Source of the DNA: Podarcis pityusensis | Taxonomy: Eukaryota | Reading direction: 5' to 3' (one strand) | NCBI GenBank assembly: GCA_964106645.2 | Contig: OZ067038.1 | DNA length: 64,000 nt | Shown: positions 1 to 14,300 of the stretch, piece after piece | Layout: the number at the start of each line of letters is the position of its first letter | Position numbering within the stretch: position 1 is the first letter of the stretch | Program-made: the position numbers and the translations under genes | Notes under the pieces: generated by a model | The model's database searches: none | Told to the model about the DNA's origin: nothing | Seen by the model: only the letters and a program-made list of their open reading frames with translations

Positions 1-91
1 TCTCTTATCTCTTGCGCATGCGGGAATCTTGCTTGGTGCATTACAGCACAACACTGAGACTCCCCACCCACCCACCCGCCTTTCTGCTGCT

Positions 92-97
92 TTTATT
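92..97 (-). promoter_or_regulatory. Candidate polyadenylation signal of the myosin-X-like mRNA
   Basis: AATAAA on the minus strand about 350 nt after the stop, followed by G-rich and GU-rich (GTGTTGTGCTGT) sequence. Confidence 0.55.
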
Positions 98-445
98 GCA
101 CAAAATATTTCCGCGCCTCAATCTCTTCAAGAAAGGTAGCCACATTTGCTTCTGGTGGTCTCACTTTGCATCTGCAGTAAGGTCTTTACTCCAAGAGTGA
201 GGCCAGAGGGAGCCTGGCCTCCAGCTGCCTTGAGTAGCTAGCCAGAGTAGTCGGGGTTGTGGTTTTGGTTAAAGAGCAAGCCCTACAGCTGTGGGTGCTC
301 AGCATCAGTCCCTTTTTCCTTCTCTCAAAGCAAAGGAAAAAAGGGAGATGTTTTTTCCTTCTTACGAAAAAGGATTTTTGCTACAAATCTGGCTGGAATA
401 CAGTGTGTATCTTTCCTCAAGGGCTCTGCAGCGCCACAGGCCTCA

Positions 446-559
446 TCACCTCGTCCAGATACTCGCACGACTGTCCAGGCTGGTGGCCGATTTGATGCTA
501 CAACATTTCTTCACAATCATGTTGATGTAGGCTTTCATGATTTTAATGATCTCTCCCAC
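446..559 (-). CDS. MYO10-like: MYO10-like last coding exon (FERM C-terminus; [20 protein letters not shown]...WTR*)
   Basis: tag acceptor, 114 nt, TGA at 446-448 followed by a second TGA; homologous to MYO10 MKAYISMIVKK. Confidence 0.9.
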   Translation of the reverse strand: MGEIIKIMKAYINMIVKKCCSIKSATSLDSRASIWTR

Positions 560-3500
560 CTAATAAGATAAGAGGGGACAGTCAGGATCACTTAACACAC
601 TGAGCAGTTAATATAGCAGCAATTTCTGATGGTGGCCCGAAGCCAATGGAATATAACTGGAACAGGGACTTGCAAAGGGTCTTCTGTATCCCCTTGCTTT
701 CTCCCAACCCCTACTGCTACTATCACTTTGGGAAACGCAAGAAAGAAGCCTGCATTTCTTTGGCTGTGCACACCTGTTCCCTGAGCAGAATTCAACCCCC
801 GCCTGCACGTGGGGTTTAAATTCCGCTCAAGGAACAGGCACAGGCAGCCCCAAAAATCTGTCAAATGCAGGTGTCTTCCTTGCTCCCCCCACCCTCCTTT
901 GCTCAGGGAATGGGAGGTAGAAATGCTTTGCCAGCTTTGTGACTGGTGATTCCTAAGCCCCACCCACCTGTCAAATCTGACCCATGTGGCCAATCTGGGG
1001 AGCTAAAAGGGTTCCCCACCCCTGCAACATACTTTAAAAAGGAAGCCTTTCGGCTTATGCTTTTTGCCCACCGAATCCTGCCTCAGCACAAAAGTGCTTG
1101 TGGTCACTCACAAAACAGGCTAACTTAGTGTTCCATGAAGCATACCTGGGGGGTTTCAAAGTACATCTCTCTCTCATCCACTGTCAGCTTGAAGGTATTG
1201 GGCTGGGGAGCCCCAAAGAAGACAATGTGCTCATACTGGAACGTTTCTAGGGGTTTGGGGTCTCCCCGTTTGTACACCGACACATTCTCTGTGCTGACAC
1301 TAAGCCAGAGATCATTGGGAAAGCCACCTTCCTTACACTGCAGGAAAGAAACAAGAAGAGTTAGCAAAGGGAAGGTGTTGCTTGGGGGGAAAAGCATGCA
1401 GTGGACGACTGAACCGAAGATTGAAAGCTCCTGGTCAAAAACCAATCCTCTCCCCCCCCCCCATCCAATGAAACCCCAGAGTAATTAGTAAAGATCCCCA
1501 CCTCAAAAGCAAATAATTAAAAAATGGTGTCAAAGTAAGATCCAAAATATTTATTTATTTCGATTTACACTTCATTCTTTAATGGGATCTGCCAAATCTT
1601 AGCTCAACCATGAACAGGCTTGGTAGCCAATATTTATTTATTGTGTTTAGATCCTGCCATTCCAGACAGTTCAGGTCTGACTACTCTGTTCTCCTGCTTT
1701 CCTGTTTTATTCTCCAAACAATGCTGTGAGGTAATTTAGCTGTGGCTGAGCCAGGATTTGAACCTGGGTGTCCTCCCTCCTAGCCCAATGCTCTTCAGCA
1801 ATTCGTCGATTAGCTTGCACCTCAATTCCCTCCCCCACAATCCTCAATCTGTAATAGTGGGGGTAATAAAATGGAACCATATTTGAAGGTTCTTATGAAG
1901 TGCAACTGAGATAATAAACATAATCCTCCTGTAGCATCTTTCAAAAGAAGAAGGATTAATACTGAGGCTTCTTGTGTGTCTCTCACCTCCACATCAAAGA
2001 CAGTGGAGCCGTAGCCCGACCATTCCTTCATGATGTTCATGTAGGCCACCATGGCTTGCTGCTGGAGCAGCCCCTGCAGTTTGCACCACTTTTCTGTTAT
2101 GCTGGCCCGAGCTGCCGACAGCTCCTCTTTCACCCACATCTCCATCATCTGCTCCTCTTCCACCTTTTGCTTCTTCACTGAGCCCGCCTTAAAGCTACGC
2201 TTCAGAGTGCCCTCCAGGAAGCTGGTCCGCCTTTTCTCCAGAGCATGGCTGCTGGGACCGCTACTCTTCATGGACTGCAGGATTTTGGACTTCAGCCTCT
2301 TCACTGGATAGATGTTGTCCAGGGACCAGGAGATTTTGGAAATATCCCCATAGAGGTACTGCAGCCTCAGAGCAGCCAAGTGCTGCAGTGTCTCCTCTGG
2401 ACCAGGGAAATGGCCGTCAATGAGACTTTCATGCGCCTGTGAATAGCAGAAGGAGCAATTTTATTTGTGGGTCTATAAATGTTGTTACTTGCTATTTTAT
2501 TGTTCTTTGAAACTTTGGAATTTTAATACTGTACATTGGTATGTTGTAACCAACCTTGGGAGGTAGATACACTAAAAAGCAGGCAAATAACTAGCTAACT
2601 AAAATATGTTTTTTTCCCAAAGGCTGTTTGCTTCAAGAGACCATCCCAATGCCTATGCTTACCCCTTTGGAGTTATAATTAAGTTATGTATATTGCCTTA
2701 TAAGTCAAGATGAACAACTCAGTGTCCTAATAGCAATGGGCTGTTGCAGGCAAATTCTTCACAGCCCTGGCTTGATCCAGCCACCCATTCAGCCACCCAC
2801 CTGCTTATTCTCTCCCATGCGAAGACTTACCTGCTCAAACATGAAAGCAAATTCCACCCCTTCCTTGGGAACGTTTTCAACATCCAAGAAACAATACAGT
2901 TTAAAGTAGAGCTGCCAGTGCCCATCCTCATCCTCCTCTTCCACGGACCCAGCAAGTCTAAAAGATGAGGAAGAAGCTGGTTACCATCTGGTTCGTTGGT
3001 TAAGAAGAGCTGGTCTACACGTAGCATCTGCCTCTGAAAACAGCATCTCTGTAGCACCCTGCCATAAGGTCTCAGAGGACCAGCAACATGGCAGAAGGCC
3101 TTCTTGTTTAGAAAGTATCAGATCCCCCAATGCTAAACAGGAGGATTATTCCTGTGAAACACCTACCTTTCAAACTTGGCCAGAACATCAGCTACAATCA
3201 CCCGACTCTCAATGGCCTTGTCCACATGCTTGTTGCGTTCAAAAAGGGCAAACATGTTCCGACTATCTTCCATGGCCAACCCCCGGATCAGCTTCTCTAC
3301 CACCTACAAAGGGAGGAGAGAGACTGGATGTCAGGGGTTCAGGAGCAGAGGCACAGGAAAGGGAGGAAATAGAGAGCGAGGGGGAGGAGTCCGAAGGAAA
3401 TGTTAGCGATGACAGCGGTCCGAGGTCTCTGAGTCTTTCCAGCGAATCGGAAGATTCACAGAAAGGGGCTCCCATGGTCAGAGCAAGGGGGGTGCCTAGG

Positions 3501-6500
3501 GGGACACCCCAGGAAGAAGGGGCCAGAGGGGACTCAGAGAGCAGCAGTTGGAAATCAGGACCAGCGTCCACACCAGAGTGCAGTAGGGGGGAGGAGTCCC
3601 AGGCATCGGGATCAGGCGGCGCACTGCCAGTGGGAGGACATGAGTCAGGATTGGTCACGCCTCCATCGGGGAGCGAGGAAACGGTCGAGAGGAAGGTTGA
3701 AGGCTGGGCGCGCGCGCCAAGTTCAAATGTACAGGAGGGCGGCGCAGTTGGCAGCCCGGATAGGGAGCCAGGTCCCAAAGCCCGCCGAAAAGAGGGGGAG
3801 GAGTCAGGGGGGTCAACGTCAGCGTCAGAAGAATCCAGGAAGGAAGGGACCCCGGGGGGTAGCAGGACCCAGAGGAGAAAGGAGAGACGGAAGAGGTGGA
3901 GTAAGGCTAGAATCTTAAACTGGTGTACAGGGGGCGGAGACTCAGATGGAGCTTCGCCGATCTAACCCCTAGACGTAGAGCTGGGGCGCTGCGGCTTGAA
4001 AATGGAAACTGTACTTCAATAAAGACTTTTGTACATTACTGCCGGCTAGCGTTGGTCCTCTGTGAGCTGGGACCTGGAGCCAGCTCTGACACCACATCAC
4101 TCCACAAAGGATTTGGTTGCACAAGGAACCTCTCAGACAGATGCAAACAGGCTGGACTAAGAGAGAGAGATATATATTCCCTCCACTTCCGCTAGTAGAG
4201 GCCATCTGAAGCAAGCTGAATGCCCCTTCTTCCCTGGACAACTTTGCCTTGAAAATTCTGCCTTCGTTCTTACCTCTCCGGCACTGGTATGAGAATTGAT
4301 GGTAATTTGACAGGAACCTCCTCCGTGGCAGTAGACGGTGGTGGTCATTTCCTCCCGGGTGATGAGGGCCTGTATTTCCTCCTGGGAGGGGACAAACTCC
4401 CTGCTCTTGGTTCTTTTCAGTGAATCAGTGATGAACTGAGAATACCGATCTATTTCAGTGCCTGGGAAGAGATCTTTTACTCTGGTTGAGGGAGGGTGAG
4501 GAAAGAGAAGAGGTAAATAACATATTGCCATTCTGTCATGAAACAAACTTTGACCTAGAACCGTGTCATTTGTATAGCGAGGCCAAGCCAACTCAAGAGG
4601 CTGTGGGCTACCTACAGCCTATGAAGATGTTGTATCACTTAATGTAAGCAAATTTCATTCATTTGGACAGAGGTTATTTACTATTTTCTGCCTCTGAGAC
4701 CAATATTTACACCTTTGTCTAAAAATATCAGGACCAGCTTGGCACTGCTGCTGAGTAGAAAGCGGGTATGAGGGAAAGTAGTACAGGAAGCACTGGAGTT
4801 TTCACAAAGCAAGGTGGAGGTAAATTGGGGGTGGGTGGCCTCTGCAATGATCTGTAAGGATGCAAGTATTAGGCAAAGGGCCTCCTGTTTTGCATGCAGA
4901 AGGTTCCTGGTTCTATCTCTGGCTAGGACTGAATCCTGGAGAGCTGTTGCCCTTCAGTGGAGATAATACTGAGCTGGTCGGACTGATGGGCTGACTCAAT
5001 ATGAAGCAGCCTTCCTATGTTTCTATATGTCTGCAGCGACTGGTGCTATGTAATGTATTCCTCAGTGCTCTGGAGTCAGTGAGCTAGCTACAATTGCAGA
5101 GAAATTCCTCCAGGATGGTTCTTACCTTCTGAGGTGGAACTTGAGGTAACGGAGGATTCCTCTGCTGGGCAGGAAGGTGCAGCTCATGCAGGTCATCAGC
5201 TGCCAGTGGTGAAGGTTCCCTGGTCTGTTGGGCTGTGGCACGTGGTTTGTCTGCTTGATCAGCTGACAGTACACCTCGTCCCGGAGGGGCCTGAGATCAT
5301 GGCAGGTCTGCAGAATGCCCTGGATAATGGGGATGGGGTCAGAGACTGTCTCGATCTCCTGAAGGGAGTTAAAGATCTTCATTGCTTCATCCTGGAGGCT
5401 GCTATAGCCTTTCTCTTGCTGCACTGCAGTGGGAGGAGGTGGCACAAACAACAAGGCAGGGAGAAGGCAGTCAGTATGTCCTCCAACTACGGACTGGCCA
5501 GCTGCTAGTTCATCACTCCAAGAAACACATTTGCTCATGCCCACAACCCACAGGAGAAGGGAAACTCCTCTGATAATTATCACTACTCAAAGGTCACTTG
5601 AGAGACAATTCAATTCCCCCCATTAGAAACAGTTACATGATAGGGCTATGATTCTGCTCCTTTCTTAATGCACAATTCTTTGTATTTCAGCTAGTTAATT
5701 CCATTCCACTGGTATGTTCACCGCATCTTCCCACTTCTACAGTATTTTTTTATGCATCAGAGTTCAGCCAGAGTCAACACAATAACTCTGATTTACCGTG
5801 CAATTCTATGCATGTTTAGAAGGATGTAAGGCCCACTGAGACTTACTTCTGAGTCAATGTACACAGAATTCTTGTGCACACTCAGCTAAGAAGTAAGTCG
5901 CACTGAAGTTGAACCTACTTTTGAGGAAACATGTATACTGGGTTGCACTGTAAAGCTGGATGACCTTCCCATCCTCTCAAAAATTATTCCTTTTGAACCC
6001 TTGACATAGCATCCTCGAAAGCCACCATGTCACTCACAGTTGACCCCAACATCCCCATATGGCAGTGGTAGAAGCGGCGAGTGCAAGGGGTGCTGGGTGT
6101 ATCTCAGGATAGGATTCCTCCGGTAGGTCTGTTCTACCACTTCAGGGTTCATGCTGTTCTCCTGAAAGGAAGGGGTGGGCAAGTAGAGGTTACCTTTACA
6201 GGGCTTCTCTCTTTCCCTCCAAACATCTAATTGTACTATTAAATGGAAGTGCTCCCAGTCCATTACAGAAGAGATAAAACAACAGATAAAGGCCTTGTAC
6301 TGCAAAAATGGCAAGGTGGTCAGCAACAGGGGAGACTGCCAAACCAAGTCCATAGAAGGATTTGGAGATCACTTTATATCACAAAATATCCAGAGTGTCA
6401 GGCCAACAACAGCCCTCTCATCAAAAGCAATTCTGAATATTTAGAAACACGCCATGTTCTGACAGATCATAATACTGCTTTTAGTTGTTGTTGAATAAAA

Positions 6501-8249
6501 TGTGCATCTACACCCTTCTGCCAATTTTAATCGTGTGTGTGTGTGTGTGTGTGTAGGGAAACTAACCAAGTGTATATGTATTTCCATCTGTCTACCTGAA
6601 AAGGGGGGGCCAAACAGCAAACCTCCTCGCTTTACTGGCCGAGGGAGCCGACGTTTGTCCACAGACAGTTTTTCTGGATCATGTGGCCAGCATGACTAAG
6701 CTGTTCCTGGCGAAACCAGAGCAGCGCATGAAAACGCTGTTTACCTTCCTGCCGGAGCGGTACCTATTTATCTACTTGCACTTTGACGTGCTTTCAAACT
6801 GCTAGGTGGGCAGCAGCAGGGACTGAGCAACAGGAGCTCACCCCGTCATGGGGATTCGAACCGCCGGCCTTCCAGTTGGCAAGCCCAAGAGGCTCAGTGG
6901 TTTGGACCACAGCACCACCGCATCCCTCATACTCATGTGCAATTAAGAGTTAGAGGCACTTACTCTAATGTCCCGAATCAGCTGCTGCGTGGGTGTTTCA
7001 ATGGGAACCTTGCTGTCAATGACTCCTTGGATGGCAGAGACCCAGCGCATGGCTTCATTCAGCAGCTTTGTGTAGAGCCGATACGAGTGCTTTCTGCCAT
7101 GCACAGTGATGTTCCAGTAGCCTGAAGGCACAAACAGAAACAGGCAACTACTGCCCAATCTTGGAGTAATTGAGATGACAAATGATACAGCGAGAGAGAA
7201 AAGTGTGAGGTGGCAGAGGCCAGATCCTGGTGGCAATGTTGACTGCGCTCTATCAGCTGCTCATGACATGATGCAGTTGCTGTGTGATCTAAACTGGCTA
7301 ATGGCACCCAAAGGGGTCTACAGAAAGCCCCTGATATTCCTTTGTGCACTTGATTGGCTTGGCCCATGCAGCACTAACTTCACCCCACAGGACTCACTTT
7401 GTGCCATTATTCCCATGACACAAATGCTATTTCACTCCAAAGAAACCAGCAAATTAAATGTTATGGTTTATAGGATGAACAGAGTCAGTTCAGAAATTCT
7501 CTTTGGGCCTTACCAACTATGAATGCAAAACAGACACAGGCATATGAACATTTGATCTGCATCATACAAAGTCCAGCCATGGTCCCATCTATCCCAATAC
7601 TAGCAGCTGGTCTCCCAGGCAGAGATCCCAAGCGCTGATGCTGGATCCTTTGAAATGAGGATTGAAGCTGGGACCCTCTACATGCAAAATACAGACCCTT
7701 CCCATAGTCTGCCAGGACTGTGTCCTATTACAAATGACCAAAATGATATTCCACACATTTATAGCTGTGCACAAAATGGTAAAGAATGGCAACGAACACT
7801 CAGAGAAAGACACACTGGCACACAAAGAACACCTTTTCCCCTTCCTTACCTGTTTCTTTGAAGACCCTTTCATCAGGCTGGACCACTGAGCAGAGGCTGT
7901 TCAGCACCAGTGTCCCGAGCTTGGTGGCTGTGCGCTCGGATGATTTGTAGTAATCAAGGGCAGTGTTGGTCAGCACAAACCAGCGTTTCTTCACCTTCAG
8001 GGAAGAGGTCTTGCTACTGCTCTGGACCTCCTTATGAAGCCAGCCTGATGGGAAAGAGTGACAACAGGGCCCAATAGAATTGAAATTCAAGAAATCGAGT
8101 TTGCTCTCCTGCTAATGGGATGCTACTGGAGACTTTCAAATTCCTGTTCCTTTCTTATAAAGAACAGAGGAAGGAGGAGGCACAATTCAGTCTAAACCGC
8201 CATCTCCCCCAGCTGACTTCCTGATTTCACTATCAGAGCATGCATTGCA

Positions 8250-8301
<52 letters not shown>

Positions 8302-11300
8302 GTTTAGGTAACACTTAACCACCCAAAGAGCTTTTAATGAACCATGTTTGGCGTTTGTGTTTGGAGGGAAGTGAGGGGGCGGGAGGAGACTGCTTGGGGT
8401 ACAGAATGTTAAGGCAAGTGGGAGGGGGCAGCTGAAGCGTGTGCTGAATGATGGTTGGGGTGGTGGGTGGGAATTTTGACAGTTGAGAGTGATGACAGGA
8501 TCAGCATTTAATTACTGGGATGAATCACAGTCACCTCAAACTTCAGTCTGTTTACATCGTTCCTCAGATTAAATACTCTGCTGCTAACCCTGAGTATCTT
8601 GTCAGTGAAACCCACACTTAAAGGGTGCGAATACATACCTCAGTTCTTAACACTTATACACTGCTGTCAGAACATTAAGACTATGGTGGCTTTCTCTTAG
8701 TAAATCCTTACAAGCATCCTGCAATGCCAATATGAACAGGTGGGGTTGAGGCAAAGAAAGCAGCAAACTTGCCCATGGCCACCTAGAGAATTCCTGGATG
8801 AGGGGAGATTTGAACTGGAGGCTTTCTTACCATGGCATGTTATGAGCCACTCTATTGCATCAGTTCTCATGGTCATCAGCAGCTTCATATCCCATTTATA
8901 AAGTGCCATTATCACTTTGGAAGAGTGAGCTGTGCCATGACTGTAGCAACTAGTGCTATGGTGAGATAGGCTGCCTCAAAGGCCAGCAAATGGCTTATTT
9001 GTATTATTAACACCACTGGGGCAAGGAGGGTACTGTTTAGGTGTTCTGCCTCAGGCACAATATATTTAGCCAGCTCTTTCATCTTGCCTTCATACCTCTC
9101 ACAAGAAACTCCTGCCCATCGACCCGGGATTCGCCTTTGGGCTTCTGCAACAGGGAGATCCAGTGGTGCATCTCTTCAGGGATGTCACTGTTGCAGTGAA
9201 TGACTCTATTTGCTGTGATGATCACAAAGGAGTTTGGCCTGAAAAATCACCATCATCAAAATTAGTATCTCGTCGTCAACATCATCATCATCAATATTAA
9301 TATTTTTCCAAAGCCACAACACAAATCTGTTTGTTTTCCCCCCAGACTCAAGCTGTGCAAGAAGAAAACATGTGAAGGTTAGGCCACACACAGAAACACA
9401 TTGATTTTGCTCTCTTTTTGAAGGATGCAAGTCAGATTACTGCTTCAGATGCAACTTTAAAACTGTGGCAGCACTTAGTGTTTGCCACGTCCAGAAAAAC
9501 TACTATTCTCGAAGAAATGGGCATGTGTTGTGGGGAAGAGGGGGAAGCGTATGAGATGTCTGATTTGGCCACAGTGACAGATGTCTTAGTTACATCCAGT
9601 TTGGATTACTCTAACACTCGTGGGGCTGCCTTTGAACAGTACTCCGAAACTTCAACTGGCTCCAAAAGCTGCAGCCAGATTGTTGGCTGGTTATAGGGTG
9701 CAGACAACTTCCTTGCTAGAACAGCTCCACTGGCTACAGGTCTGTTTCTGGGGCACAATTCAAAGTGTGGGTTATTACCTATATAGTACCACATGGCTTA
9801 TGCCCAGGCTGTATGAAGGACCTTACTGACCCATACAAACCTGCCTGGGTCTTGAGGTGAGGTCCTTCTCCTGGTACCGCCACACTCACAGGCATGCTTG
9901 GTGGGGACATGGGAGAGGGCCTTCTTGGTGGCTGCTCCCAGTCTCTGGAACTCCCTCCCTAGAGAAGCTAGACTGGCTCCTTGTTGCCTTTGCACAGGCA
10001 GGTAAAGGCTTTCTTGTCCCAACAGGCTTTTGGGAACTGACTGCTTTTAATTAAATTAAAGGGCTGGTGCCATGCTGTTTTTGAGTCTAATTATTGGTAT
10101 GCCTTAAACAGATTTTATATACGTATATTGTTTTCATTATTGATTTTTAAAAAAAATGTTTTTAGTGGTTCTTGTTTCTATCTGAAAGCTGCCTTGAGTC
10201 CCAGCAGGGAGAAAAGTGGGGTATAAATAAATAATAATAATTAACAACAAAAACGATGGTAATATAAAAGGGAAAGCACCCCACAGGATGGTACTGTGCC
10301 ATAAAAGCAGCCATCTCTCTGCGGAGCACACACAACTTTAGCTCATAGGGCAGGTGGTGTGTAGTTGCACACACTTCCCTGAAGTATGAAACACCCAGAG
10401 CTCGAGAACCCGAACCCACAGCAACTAGACTTTATTAAGAGGAAAGCAAATGCTTCAAGGAGCTTCTGGAGCCAATGGCCAGTCACTCAAAATAAACACA
10501 GCCATTTGGGAGATATTTATACTGGCTGGAGGCATTTTAAGTAGCTCCTTATCTGTTGCATTTATATTTACTCAAATATGCAGTAGATGGATTTAAATAT
10601 TTTCCCTTTACACAATTGTTGCTGCACCAAAAATATTTGAAAATCACAAAACGAAAAAGCACACACAAATAGGAACTCAGCTGTAGCTTACCTGTCAGGA
10701 TTGTCAGAAGCACAGACTGAGTCTATGAGCCCCACGTCCAGGGTTCCCTTTAAAACAACAACAAAAAATGGAACAAACTTCTAGATATATGCAAGATCCA
10801 GTTCCTACCATTCTGTTCCATTCCAGTGTGATCCACACATAGGCATCCACTTTTTATTGCTTTTAAATTCATTTTGGTTTTTTTCCTGCTGTTTTAAACC
10901 AATTTTTAGCTGTTTTTATTATCTTTTGTACATCACATTGGGACGTTTGTGGAAGACAGCAGCAACAACAATACCTGATGTGGCTCTGCAATTAGAAGTA
11001 GGCCGCGTTCGTAATTGTTGGTGTCACCAGGAGGCAGTGAACATGTTGAGTCCCTAAGTGCACCCCTTTACTTTCTCCTAGAGGGCAACTTTCCTCAACC
11101 TGTGGCCCTCCAGATGCTTTGGACTACAACTCCCGTTAGCCTGAAACAGCATGGTCATGGTCAGTGATGAGAGATGATGGGACTGTAATCCCAACATCTG
11201 GAGCTCCTGTAGGAATGAATGACTGTGTGGATCAAAAACCTCTGACCTCTATGGATGACCAGGTTCCAACGGCCTATCTAGTCCTGCATCTCGTTCTCAG

Positions 11301-14300
11301 TGGACAACCAAATGCCTAGGAACATCCTTCATCAGCTGCTAGGCAGCCAGAAGAGTGACAGTTTCAGGGGTCCACTTGACCCACCACTCACCACAGCATT
11401 CTTTGGGTTGGCTTGTTCATCCTGCATCTCTCTCAGCTGCTGCTCTGTAGCACTGTGCACACGGCTCAGGACATTAAACCAGTCACTGTAAGAAAGACAG
11501 AAGCAGAAGACACTTAAAAAAACCCCCCGTATATATTTATTACTGAAATGGTTAATTTTTTAATAGTCTAGAATACTATAATTAATATGCAGTTGTATAC
11601 AAAGCATCATAGAAGTAATTAAATATATTTACTAATACCGATAACATCATACAAAGACTGAAACAATGATTTGATAACACGTATATCATGATTCATCTTC
11701 TACTCTCCTGCCTTTCCCTATTTTTATAACTGCTTCTCTATTTAGAGCACAACATCATGGGAGGGGTGTTGCTTCCAGCTCTCCCACCCCTCGCCTTGGG
11801 AAAAAGCAGAAACCTTTTAAGAAAAACACACACCTATCCCTGCATCCCCTACCTGGCATCCTCTGGTGATTCTGCCACTATGTGGTAAACGCGATCACTT
11901 GTCACAATATCAAGGGCATTCTCTTTCTCGTGAATATCCACAATCTCCCTGAAAAACAACAAGTGTGAAGAGCCAGGATGAAAAGGCAGTTTGTCTATGT
12001 TTGGCATCCATCTCCATTGGCCTGCCTGGTCTCAAGGAGGCTCAGTGTTTCCCCGATAATATCTTATAATACTTGAGAACAAGGAAGCAACAGCACCCAA
12101 AGATGAAGTAAGGTGACAGGCTGGTGTGGGAATGAGGGTACTGCCTACTGCACCTAGAGACCACCTTTGGGGGCTGTGTTGATAAGGATCCACTGCAAGG
12201 GCAACATCACTGAAAAGACTTAATGTGGGCAAAGAGACAGCTAAACCAATTCAAGTTGAATAGTACTGACAAGAGAGGCCAGGGGGAGTGCACAAGAACG
12301 GGCAAAATTTGCTACAAGAAAATTCTCAAATCAGTCCTAAATAGGCCCATGTAGGTGGGGGGCAGTCAGTTGCACTTTTCACAGGCCTCACAGGCTGGGG
12401 GGTACCACCAGGGGCCTGCCAGACTTAAGCTATCATGCCAAGAACAAGACTCCCATCCCAGGCCTCCAACAAGCTCTGCATGGGCCTGGTCCGAGAGCGT
12501 CATTCTGCATGCAGTACTGACGCTGAAGCTTTAAAAATAGCCCTTGCACTCAGGTAAGGGGCTCTAAGGCCCCACCCTCTCTAACAGCCTCAGGCCTAAA
12601 GATGTCCCACAGGACTTAAGGAGTCAAACAATTTCCCCTCAGGCCCAGGTTGTTAAGGATTCCCCAAACATCTCCTGTTACCAATCAATATTGATATTGA
12701 TTTATCCCTAGGGTTAGAGACATAATAGTGTCCCATACTTGGCCTTCCTGATGTCAATCGTGCCTTTCAGCTTCTCTTCACTGTCGTTCTCAAAGTACAT
12801 CAGCTTGGCCTCTCTCAGGACAAACCAGCGCCGTTTCCAATTCCGGCGAGACAGCGTGGACATGCCTCCTCCCTTCTTGTAAAGCCAGCCTGATTTCAAG
12901 GCCTCTTGCTTGGCTCGAAACCACATGAAGGCCTCGTTCTTCAGGACACACCAGCGCCGTCTCCAGGGGTTCATCAGGCCCCCTTGCAAGGAAGAGAAAA
13001 GAGACACAGTCAAAGTTACTGCACCACCAGAATGTCCCCACCCTGCACTCCACAAGCACCTGACAAAGACAGTGGCAAGTGTTATCTTCCTGCCCTTGGC
13101 CATAGCAGTTCCCTGAAAAATGTGGGGCCTCCTGTAGAGACAGAATGCTAACATGCAAAAGCAGGCACAAGTGTATCACAGTGGCATTAGCTGCAATGTA
13201 CAGCGAGGCAGCGGTTGACTTTTTGTATTACTATCTTCCCCTACAACCCTAAAAAAACAACACCTTGGTCTGCTAGTTACCAAAGTAAAATTGGGAGTGG
13301 GGAGGTAAATGTGTGTACTTGCACAAGCCCTCACAAAACTGGCATGAGATATTTTGTTACCTGAAGTGAGGCCCAAATGGTGCCTCCTCCTGCCCCACTA
13401 AGACCAGTATCTTTTTTATAAATGTAAATTTTGTAGCATCAAGCATTAATTTCATTTATCCACCCCCTTACTACCACCCCAAATATTGCTTCACAGTGCT
13501 GCCAGATCACTTCAAGCATGTTCCACAACAGGGCCTCTTCCATCTCTAAAAACTGCTATCATCTGTCAACATGCCCATTAAGACCCAACACTTGGGACTG
13601 GATATCACAGCCTTTATGTGGATGCCAATGCAAAGCAACCAAGGTCCCTTCTAATCCCTCCTTGACAAAAAGCCTTACTGACTTGATCTTGGAAATGAAG
13701 AAGAACAAAACAGCAAAACAGGGAGCAAATACTGAGGGGAGATGAGAGGGGATTAGGGAGCAGGGGGAAATGGCTCAGCTTAGGGGACTGACCAAGCTGC
13801 TTACCTTTCATGTAGAGATAGCTGTGAAAATAGGCTGGCCCCGATCCATTGAGCACAGTGACCCGGCTGCTGCAGAATTCTTCATCCGTGTCCATATAAG
13901 CATCCCCTTCATCCTCGCTGTCTAGAAACTGGAGGCAAAAAGAATGGTTACGCTCCAGAAACAAAGCAGCACAACCTGCCAAGTCCTATCACACTTCCAC
14001 TACAGATCTGAGTGCTGAGCTGGCCAGGCAGTATGATAACCATACAGAAGCAGGAATGATCTAAAGTGGGTGAGTAATTTCAAGGCAAAGGCCAAAACCT
14101 GCCATACTCAGTTGCCAACATGTGGACTTTGGCCTCTATTTCCATTTTGGAACTATCTGCTTTAAGAACCTCCAGTTTTCTATTGCAATAGTTCTCTGAT
14201 ATTCAGCAAAATGCATTCTGGCCATCTCAGCTTCTGTCTCTCTCATTATCCCCCTTGGGGGGGGCAGTCTAACCCCCTTCTGCAGCAGATAATGTGAAAA

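Noticed and set aside
3320-4100. Target-site duplication around the LTR-like element
   Set aside because: The flanks CTGGA and CCACA do not match, so no TSD is claimed and confidence in the LTR call is reduced.
12495-12545. MEF2-like TTAAAAATAG plus two CRE half-sites as an intronic enhancer
   Set aside because: Such short motifs are expected by chance in 64 kb; no conservation data are available.
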